Part shown: positions 28,497 to 35,901 of the stretch, one piece after another
Layout: each line of letters begins with the position of its first letter
Numbering within the stretch: position 1 is the first letter of the stretch
From: a virus
Lineage: Duplodnaviria > Caudoviricetes
Strand: one strand, 5' to 3'
DNA: 56,659 nucleotides
IMG/VR virus record: IMGVR_UViG_3300025267_000011
Span: 1-56,659 of that record
Notes under the pieces: model-generated
Databases searched by the model: none
Seen by the model: only the letters and a program-made list of their open reading frames with translations
What the model was told of the DNA's origin: nothing
Program-made: the position numbers and the translations under genes

Positions 28497-29048
28497 TCAC
28501 GCCCACACGTGGTGGTGCGCCTCGAACTGGATCATCAGGTAGCCGCGGGTGACGTTCGCGGCGGTCTCGGCGGGCTCGTTGTCCCAGCGGATGCCGCTGC
28601 TCTCGCCCTCGCCGACCTGGAAGCCGGACACGCCCGCGGCGAGCTGGTTCTCGAACCCGCCCGACCCGAGGGTCCGGTCGGCCCGGATGCGCTCCAGGAG
28701 CCTCTGGTGCAGCACGAGGAAGGCGTCCTGGGCGTCCTCGGCGTATCGGGCCTTGGAGTGCAGGAACACGTGCAGCGCGACCGAGATCGAGACCAGCTTC
28801 ATCCCGTTCGTCGCGCCGGCGACCGCGACACGGCGCTCGACGCCGGCGTCGAGGTGCACGAGCATCGCCGTGCCGTGCTCCTCGGTGTCCATCCCGCCGT
28901 GCAGGTCGCGGGAGCTGGCCCGCTTCCCCCGGGCCCGCTTCACGATCCCGAGGCCGGGGACCTGCGGGTCGAGGTAGGCGCGCGCCTCGGGGTCGTAGTC
29001 GCCGCCGAAGTAGCGGCAGATCGCGTCGTGGATGACGGGCAGCGACAC
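28497..29048 (-). CDS. Tail terminator-like protein
   Basis: RIRADRTLG motif; position before the tail tube gene. Confidence 0.65.
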   Translation of the reverse strand: MSLPVIHDAICRYFGGDYDPEARAYLDPQVPGLGIVKRARGKRASSRDLHGGMDTEEHGTAMLVHLDAGVERRVAVAGATNGMKLVSISVALHVFLHSKARYAEDAQDAFLVLHQRLLERIRADRTLGSGGFENQLAAGVSGFQVGEGESSGIRWDNEPAETAANVTRGYLMIQFEAHHHVWA

Positions 29049-29067
29049 GGGCGGCTCTCCTCGAGGG

Positions 29068-29784
29068 TCAGCGACGAGACATGAACGGGGCGAGCGCCGC
29101 CTCCGCGCGGCCGCGGAACCCGGGGGTCCTGGCCTTCCCGGAGTCGCCGCGCCGGCGAGCGCTCAGGCCGGGCGCGTCGCCGGGGTAGTCGTCTTCCTCG
29201 ACCAGCTCGGCGGCGGCCATCCACCGGCAGGCGTTGACCAGCGCGAGCGGAACCGGGCTGTACCCGCCGCTGTAGGTGACCGAGACCCGGGACCCGACCG
29301 GGAGCCAGGTCCCGATGCGGAACCACAGCTCCCCGGTGTCGGGGGCGATCCCGCCGCCGAGGAGGTCGTGGGCGGGCACGACCTGGCCGGTGCCTCCGGA
29401 CCGGAGGATCCGCACGGTGACGTCGCTGTAGCTCCACATCTCGGGGAACAGGGGCGCGTACTGGTCCACCCAGACCCGCCGGACCTGCCCGGCCGTGCCG
29501 GCGAGCGCGCGGCTGTAGGACATGCCGAGGGCGACCAGCGGGTCACCGGTGACGTCGCCGAGGTCCGAGGCGTCAGCGCCGTGCGCCTGCTGGGTCTCGG
29601 TCACCGCGGTGAACGGGGCGAGCCGGCGACCGGTGAACGCCTCGCACTCGCGCGTCGCCCGCATCATCACCTCGGCGAGCTCGGTCTCGTCCAGGCCGCC
29701 GATGAGGGAGCGCAGCGTCGACCGGTCCATGTCGGCGGTGGTGGCGAGCGGGACCGGCTGATCCCGGGGGTGGTCGACGCTCAC
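29068..29784 (-). CDS. Head-tail adaptor
   Basis: RATRECEAFTGR, VSVTYSGGYSPVPLALVNAC, ALAPF. Confidence 0.8.
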   Translation of the reverse strand: MSVDHPRDQPVPLATTADMDRSTLRSLIGGLDETELAEVMMRATRECEAFTGRRLAPFTAVTETQQAHGADASDLGDVTGDPLVALGMSYSRALAGTAGQVRRVWVDQYAPLFPEMWSYSDVTVRILRSGGTGQVVPAHDLLGGGIAPDTGELWFRIGTWLPVGSRVSVTYSGGYSPVPLALVNACRWMAAAELVEEDDYPGDAPGLSARRRGDSGKARTPGFRGRAEAALAPFMSRR

Positions 29785-29787
29785 GGG

Positions 29788-30099
29788 TCAGGACCCGGTA
29801 CGGCCCCGCGACGCGCGGGCGGGCCGGGTGGCCTTGGCCGGCGGGGCGGGCTCGGTGACCAGGGCGACCGGGGCGCTCTCGTCGGGCTCGGTGACGGGGG
29901 CCTCGTCACCGTCGGGGTCCTCGTCGGCGACGGGGTCCTCGTCGACGACGTCGTCCGCTGCGACGGAGAACCCACCGTCGACGATCGCCAGCAGCGCGAT
30001 GCCCTGCTCGACGTCGACCTCGACGACGGCACCGTCGCGGTCCCAGCGGTTGCCGAACGAGTCGGCTCCGGCCTTCTCCTTGCGGATCTTCATGCGCAT
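29788..30099 (-). CDS. Small capsid-adjacent protein
   Basis: RBS AGGAGG; acidic/Pro tail. Confidence 0.6.
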   Translation of the reverse strand: MRMKIRKEKAGADSFGNRWDRDGAVVEVDVEQGIALLAIVDGGFSVAADDVVDEDPVADEDPDGDEAPVTEPDESAPVALVTEPAPPAKATRPARASRGRTGS

Positions 30100-30137
30100 G
30101 GCGTCCTCCTGGTAGCGAGCGAGCGAGCGAGCGGGGG

Positions 30138-30185
30138 CACGGCGGGGCGCCCTACCGGATCGCTCCGGTAGGGCGCCCCGCCGTG
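30138..30185. terminator. Perfect 22-bp-stem hairpin after the capsid gene
   Basis: cacggcggggcgccctaccgga-tcgc-tccggtagggcgccccgccgtg. Confidence 0.75.
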
Positions 30186-30200
30186 GGGTCAGGCCGACAC

Positions 30201-31571
30201 TCAGGCCTGCAGCGACACCGCGTTCCCGGTCATGGCGCCGATGAACTTCGGCCCGCGGAGCGCGAGCGTGCAGTCCGACATGACGCCGTAGGGCTGGCTG
30301 TCCGGGGTGGTGACGGTCGCGGCCAGGTCCAGCGGGACCAGCTCGCGCACGTAGGGACGGAGCAGGTTCTCCGGGTCACGCGACACCAGGAAGATCGGCT
30401 CCGTGCCCAGCGCGGACGGCTTCTTCGAGGCGTTCGTCCCGGCGTAGGCCACCGGGTCCTGCACCGGCGCGGTCCCGCCGTTGCGCGGCAGCAGCGCCGT
30501 GCCGGTGTCGATGATCGACGTCGTCAGGATCGGGGTGATGCCGTCCGAGGCGAGCCGGACGACGGCGTCGACGATCCCGAGCAGGGTCGCCGTGCCGGCG
30601 CCACCGGTGGAGCGGTACACCTTGAACAGCAGCGGCGTGCCCTCGTCCACGCCCACCACGTTGGGCAGCGCGAGCGTGACCGTGGACGTCGCGCCCGTGG
30701 TGGCCTGGGTGACCTCGGCGGAGGCGACCGACTCCCCGGAGCGGGCGATGATCGCCGACACCTGGTAGCGGTAGGTCGCCGCCGGGAGGGTGCCGCCCGT
30801 GGTCGCCGTCGAGGTCGTGACCGCACCGACGTTGTTGCCGCGGTTCGCCAGGAACGAGGACTTCACCAGCGGCACGTCGCGGTAGCTCATCACGTTGACG
30901 CCGCCGGCGATCTCGACCCGGTCGAACCGCTGCTTGTCCGAGAGCAGCTGCGCGATCCGCGACTGCGCGGTCGGGGACATGACGAGCATCCAGGAGGCAT
31001 CCTGGACCGGCTCCGAGACGTTGGTCTCGACCATGTCGAGCAGCATGTCCAGCGACCCGAGCGACAGCGTCGCACCCGCGCGGTCGATCGCGTTCTGGTT
31101 GCTGCCGCTGTAGGTCGACAGCAGGTTGTCGAACCCGTCGAACTGCGGGTAGGGGCCGAACTCGGTCGACGCGGCGTTGCCCCAGAGGACCTGGGTCTCC
31201 AGGTCCCAGTAGAGGCCGCGGATCGCGCCCTCGATCTCCCGACCGCGCAGCGAACCGACCTGCGCGGCGGTGACCTCCTCGGCGTAGCCGGTGACGTCAC
31301 CGATGGTCTGCAGGTGCTTCATCTGGAAGAAGCGCTGCACGTAGGTGCTCTGCGACAGGGGCCGAGCGCCGCCGTCGCGGACGTTGCCGCCGGCCGGGAC
31401 GCGGTCGCGCCGGTTGAAGTAGAAGACGTCGCTGCTGTGCTTGCGCGAGGTGATCGAGCGGACCAGCAGGGAGAACCGGCGCTGGTACTCCAGGATCATC
31501 GGGTCGATGATCTTCTGAACGAGCGGTGCGGCGCCGACGGCGTCGAGGGCCTCGCGGGTGTGCGTGGTCAT
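30201..31571 (-). CDS. Major capsid protein (HK97 fold, SU10/DUF5309-like) with Ig/FN3-like insertion
   Basis: Follows scaffold; DLETQVLWGN, QFDGF, LVMSP, Y..VPLV, ELVPLDLA. Confidence 0.85.
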   Translation of the reverse strand: MTTHTREALDAVGAAPLVQKIIDPMILEYQRRFSLLVRSITSRKHSSDVFYFNRRDRVPAGGNVRDGGARPLSQSTYVQRFFQMKHLQTIGDVTGYAEEVTAAQVGSLRGREIEGAIRGLYWDLETQVLWGNAASTEFGPYPQFDGFDNLLSTYSGSNQNAIDRAGATLSLGSLDMLLDMVETNVSEPVQDASWMLVMSPTAQSRIAQLLSDKQRFDRVEIAGGVNVMSYRDVPLVKSSFLANRGNNVGAVTTSTATTGGTLPAATYRYQVSAIIARSGESVASAEVTQATTGATSTVTLALPNVVGVDEGTPLLFKVYRSTGGAGTATLLGIVDAVVRLASDGITPILTTSIIDTGTALLPRNGGTAPVQDPVAYAGTNASKKPSALGTEPIFLVSRDPENLLRPYVRELVPLDLAATVTTPDSQPYGVMSDCTLALRGPKFIGAMTGNAVSLQA

Positions 31572-31603
31572 CAGGGGGTCGTCCTTCCGGGACGGTGTGC
31601 ACG

Positions 31604-31742
31604 ACAAAGGCCCTGCCCGGTGGGGGTGCGGGCAGGGCCTTCGGGTGGTGAGCGGGTGACCATCGCTGCCGTGCGGCACCAGCCCCGACGGGGCTGGCGG
31701 TCTCGGAACGAACCGGCCCGCGACGTCGCGCGCGGGCCGGGA
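31604..31742 (-). promoter_or_regulatory. Structured leader with terminator-like hairpin upstream of the capsid gene
   Basis: Hairpin 31713-31740; three-way junction 31658-31702; 13-bp stem 31607-31641 followed by UUUG. Confidence 0.5.
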
Positions 31743-31760
31743 ACCTCAGGGGCGTGAGGG

Positions 31761-33536
31761 TCAGGCGGGGAGGTTGCGGTACGCCGACCGGCTGCCCATG
31801 ATCGCCTGCTCCGTCGCGGGCGCGAGGAACTTCTCGCGCTCCTCGGCGGTGTAGGTGTGGAGGGGCTTGTCCGGCCACCCGGCGGGGAGGCCGTGGGTGC
31901 CGGTCGCGGCGGCGGACTCGGTCGCGGCGGGGGCACCGACGGGCTGACCCGGGTAGCCCTTGCGCTTCACGCCGTTGGTCTCCGCGTCGGCCTGCAGCGC
32001 GGCGGTGACGAGGCGCTGCACCCGCTGCTCCTCGGTCTCCTCGGCCGCGGTCGTCGCGACCGCGGCGGGGGCGCCGGCGGCGGCCAGGCGCTCGGCCACG
32101 ATCCGCTCGACGCGCTGCTCCTCGGTCTCCACCGAGGCGGCGGCGGCCTTGGCCGCGGCGATCTTCTCCGCGACCAGGGACTCGATCCGGGCCTCCTCGG
32201 CGGCCTTGGCCTGCGCGGCGGCGACGCGCTCGGCGACGATCCGCTCGATGCGCTGCTCGTCGGTCTCCTGCGTGGCGGGGGTCGCCGGGGTGGTGCTGGT
32301 GGTGTCGGCCACGGCCGTCTCCTCCTTGGTGGTGGCGGCCGCCGGATCGGCGGCCGCGCCGGTCGACGTGCCGGCCTCGGCGGGCTCGTCGTCGGGGTCC
32401 TCGTCGTCGGGGTCGTCGACGAGGAACGGGGGCTTGCCGCCCTCCATCGGCGCGGGCTCGGCCGCGTCGGGGTCGGCGGTGATCAGCGCGAGCGCGTCGG
32501 CCGCGGCGATGGAGGCGACGCGGCAGATGCGGTCCAGGTCGTGCGGGTCGATGCAGTACGACGACACCGACACCGACAGGGACCCGATGTTCAGCGACAC
32601 GTGGAACCCGCCGTGGTGGTCACGCTCGGCGGGCCACATCTCCACCAGGGACTCGGTGAGCGGCCCGGCCGCGCGGAGGTGGCCCTCGGCGGTCACGGTC
32701 ACCCCGTGCCGCTCCAGCGCCTTGCGGGTGCGGCCCTTGAACCGCTTCACCTGGGCGGCCGTGTACTGCCGGGCCGTCTCGGTGGTGTGGATCGCGGACC
32801 ACGCGGCGAGCGCGTCGGCGCGGGTGGACAGCGGGTACAGCCGCGCGCCTCCTTCGAGGTAGCCGTTGTCCGCGTAGATCGTCGCGGCATCGGCGGCCTC
32901 CGTGGCGGGTGCCCCCTCGGGTGCCCCCTCGGGTGCCCCCTCGGGGGCCGGGGTCGGAGCGGTCTCGGTCGTCTTCTGCACGCGGGCCTCCGCGGACTCG
33001 TAGATCGGGACCCGACCGTCGGCGGACTCTCGCGGGGCCTTCCCGGCGGCGGTGCGGGTGATGGCGTTCACCCGCGCGCCGGTGACGCCGGGGGTCTTGG
33101 TGAAGTCGAGCCCGTCGAGCTCCAGGTCGTCGTCGACGGCGGTGTCGCACACGACGCCGTCGATCTCGACCTTGCGGACCCCGCCGCGGAAGTAGCCGCG
33201 GATGCTCACGCCCTCCAACCAGGCGTGCCCGGACTCGTCGGGGTCGACCAGCTCCAGCAGGTCACGCGCCGGGCCGGTGTTGGGCAGCACGGCGGTGAAC
33301 CGTGCGGCGCCCTCCTCGTCGAGCCACATCGAGGTGAGCCGCCCGGCGATCAGCGCGCTGTCGTCCTCGGCGCCGTGGTGGGTCAGCATCGTGAGCGGCG
33401 GGCCGCCCTCGGCGATGCGCCGCTGCGCTCGGGCGACGGCGCGAGCGACCATCTCCGGGCTGTAGTAGCGCGCGTTCTTGGACACGCCGGGGCGGAGCGC
33501 GACCCCGTCGTCGATCGTGGCGATGGGCTGGCCCAC
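31761..33536 (-). CDS. Capsid maturation protease-DUF6582-like-scaffold fusion
   Basis: GVSKNARYYS, MLTHH, GVSIRG, LDFTKTPGV; YADNGY..RLYPL..AAWSAI; ETEEQRVERIVAE repeats. Confidence 0.8.
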   Translation of the reverse strand: MGQPIATIDDGVALRPGVSKNARYYSPEMVARAVARAQRRIAEGGPPLTMLTHHGAEDDSALIAGRLTSMWLDEEGAARFTAVLPNTGPARDLLELVDPDESGHAWLEGVSIRGYFRGGVRKVEIDGVVCDTAVDDDLELDGLDFTKTPGVTGARVNAITRTAAGKAPRESADGRVPIYESAEARVQKTTETAPTPAPEGAPEGAPEGAPATEAADAATIYADNGYLEGGARLYPLSTRADALAAWSAIHTTETARQYTAAQVKRFKGRTRKALERHGVTVTAEGHLRAAGPLTESLVEMWPAERDHHGGFHVSLNIGSLSVSVSSYCIDPHDLDRICRVASIAAADALALITADPDAAEPAPMEGGKPPFLVDDPDDEDPDDEPAEAGTSTGAAADPAAATTKEETAVADTTSTTPATPATQETDEQRIERIVAERVAAAQAKAAEEARIESLVAEKIAAAKAAAASVETEEQRVERIVAERLAAAGAPAAVATTAAEETEEQRVQRLVTAALQADAETNGVKRKGYPGQPVGAPAATESAAATGTHGLPAGWPDKPLHTYTAEEREKFLAPATEQAIMGSRSAYRNLPA

Positions 33537-33618
33537 GCCGTCCTCCTTCCAGCACCCGGCCGGAACCCGGCCGGGCTGGCGCTGTACGGGCCGTCACGGG
33601 TCCGGGACGGCTGGGGGG

Positions 33619-33810
33619 CTACCGACGGACCCACACCTCGGCCAACGCCAGGGCGGCCCACAGGGCGGCCCGTAGGCCGTCGAGCCGGCCCGGGCGGCGG
33701 TAGTGGGTGCAGTCGGTCACCCGGCGGGCGGGGTCGTCGGTGTGCCCGACGTAGGGGGCCCCGCACGCCGCGCACGACGGGAAGGTGCACACCGGCCCGC
33801 TACCCGTCAT
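33619..33810 (-). CDS. Small Zn-finger-like protein
   Basis: C....C..C..H, C.HY. Confidence 0.4.
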   Translation of the reverse strand: MTGSGPVCTFPSCAACGAPYVGHTDDPARRVTDCTHYRRPGRLDGLRAALWAALALAEVWVRR

Positions 33811-34005
33811 CGGGCTCGACGTCGTCGACGTCGAGCGGGGGAGGGGCGAGGAACAGGGGCATGAGCGCCGGGTACGCCGGCGGCCTCAGCTGACGATCTT
33901 CTGGATGAGCGGCCAGGCGTCGGCGGCCGTCATCGGCCCGGCCGGCGTCGGCTCCGCGGGGTCGGGCTCGGCCGGCGGGTCCGGGGCCGGGTCGGGGTCC
34001 ACCGC

Positions 34006-35901
34006 TCACACCCCCTTGCCGGGCTTGCCCTTGTCGTTCGGGGTGCGCCCGTACCGCAGCCGGTACCACGCCGCGGCGATCCGCTTCGCCCGCTCGGGCG
34101 GGACGTGCCGCTTGATCAGCCGGTAGAGCTGGGTCCAAGTGGTCCACCGCTTCGCCCCCTTCCCGGTCACCCAGTAGTCGCGGAGCTGGTCCCCGGCCTC
34201 GCCGAGCACGTCGCCGTCGTCGCCGGCCTCACCGACCTGCGACCACAGCGCGCCGTGGTCGGCCTCCTCGGGCCACTCGATCACCGGGATGAGCGCGCAC
34301 CGACAGTTCGGGTGCTGCGGCGGGAACGCCGCCCCGGACTCGAACGGCTCCCCGATCTCGACCGGGCCCTGGTCGCTGTTCGCCTCGCATCGCGGGCACA
34401 CCCGGACCTGGTCGGTGGGGTCGGCGCCGGCGACCAGCCACTCGTGCCGCTCCACCCCGGACGCGAGGTACCGGTCGACCGTGGCCGCGCTGACCGCCCG
34501 GGCGGTCTCGGTGATCGCGGTACGGCGCGCCCACACCCGGTCCGCCTGGAACGCCCGCAGCCGCGCGGCGAGGGTCTCGACGCTGTCCCCGTCGGCGAGG
34601 GCCTGCGCGAGGACCCGCGCGAACTCGGCCATGCGCTCGTCGGTGATCCCGGTCAGGGCGACGTCGGAGTCGGCGAGCATCGCGCGCAGCCCGTCACCGA
34701 GGCCGGTGTCACCGAGGACCTTCTCCGCGGCCTCGTGGTCCCCGACGTCCCACGACCCGTAGGTGATCTCTGCGTTCCACCACGGGTCGCCGTCGTCGTC
34801 ATCGGCCGGGGCCGCCCCGCCGTCGGTGGGGGGCTGGACCGGGGGCGCGCCGCCGGCGGACCGCAGCGCATCGCGGGCGGCGATCACCCCGATGAGGAAC
34901 GCCTCCACGAGCAGCCGCACCAGCACGGCCACGATCACGGCCTGCACCTCGACGGGCAGCATCGAGACGAACCGCACCGCGAGCCTGGTCTGCGCCGCGC
35001 TGGGCAGCTTCAACGCGACCGGCGCGGCGGGGGAGGGCACCAGCTCGGCCACCCCGGCACCGGCCAGGGACTCGGCCTCCCCGGTCAGCCAGTCCCGCGC
35101 GACCTGCTCGGCGTCGAACGCCTGATCCATCGCGCCGAGGAGCTGGTCGGCGTAGTGGGCGGAGGTCGGCGCGTCGCGCTCCCAACCGGTCCACTCGACG
35201 GCCCCGCCCGCGACGGCCTCATGCGTGGACTCGGCGGCCTCGGTGAGCGGGACCTCGGTCCAGTCGCCGGCGAGCACGACGGCGAGCCGGTCGAACCGGA
35301 GGTCGGCCTCGGCGACCAGGTCGGCCGGGTCGATCCCCCGCCCGGCGGTGATGTGGGCGACGTAGGGCTCCAGCTGGTCGGGGACCCCGTCGCGGTCGGC
35401 GAGGTCGTCCCACACGGCAGCCGCGACCGCGCCGAGGCCGGGGGCGTCCCCGACCAGGTACACGGTGTGCGGCTTGGTGGTCTCGTTGAAGACCGTCCGG
35501 CCCAGCACCCGGCCCGTGATCGGGGCCCGCGCGGCGAGCCCGCGCACGAGCGTGACCACGTCGTCGCGCTGCACGCTGTCCCATCCGGTGACGTCGTCGC
35601 CGAGGTAGGCCAGGGTGCAGTGCAGCTCGTCGGCGTCCAGGCCACCGTCCACGGCGAGCGCGGCCGCGGTGTCGGCGTCCGGGAGGAGCGCGATCATCCC
35701 GCCGGTGTGGCCGCCGGCGCGTTCGGCGACCGACTCCTCCGGGTCGTCCTCGTCGCCGTCCTCGTCGTCACCGCCGCCGAACAGCGCGGCGTGGATGCCG
35801 GCGAGATCACCGGCATCCATCCCCGAGTCGGCCACGGTGAACCCCGCGTCGTCGGGCCGGTTGAGGAAGGTGCTGCCCTCGCGGGCGTCCTGGGACCTCA
35901 C
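34006..35901 (-). CDS. MuF (gp7-like) minor head protein fused to an N-terminal 2H phosphoesterase
   Basis: HCT and HIT motifs; TETARA, HEWL, CPRCEAN, PPQHPNCRC; GTGA coupling to portal. Confidence 0.85.
   Translation of the reverse strand: MRSQDAREGSTFLNRPDDAGFTVADSGMDAGDLAGIHAALFGGGDDEDGDEDDPEESVAERAGGHTGGMIALLPDADTAAALAVDGGLDADELHCTLAYLGDDVTGWDSVQRDDVVTLVRGLAARAPITGRVLGRTVFNETTKPHTVYLVGDAPGLGAVAAAVWDDLADRDGVPDQLEPYVAHITAGRGIDPADLVAEADLRFDRLAVVLAGDWTEVPLTEAAESTHEAVAGGAVEWTGWERDAPTSAHYADQLLGAMDQAFDAEQVARDWLTGEAESLAGAGVAELVPSPAAPVALKLPSAAQTRLAVRFVSMLPVEVQAVIVAVLVRLLVEAFLIGVIAARDALRSAGGAPPVQPPTDGGAAPADDDDGDPWWNAEITYGSWDVGDHEAAEKVLGDTGLGDGLRAMLADSDVALTGITDERMAEFARVLAQALADGDSVETLAARLRAFQADRVWARRTAITETARAVSAATVDRYLASGVERHEWLVAGADPTDQVRVCPRCEANSDQGPVEIGEPFESGAAFPPQHPNCRCALIPVIEWPEEADHGALWSQVGEAGDDGDVLGEAGDQLRDYWVTGKGAKRWTTWTQLYRLIKRHVPPERAKRIAAAWYRLRYGRTPNDKGKPGKGV

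Noticed and set aside
30113-30133. (GAGC)n microsatellite
   Set aside because: Only about five units beside a terminator; no evidence of function
33800-34009. Small ORF(s) between MuF and the Zn-finger gene
   Set aside because: Two competing short frames; neither can be supported
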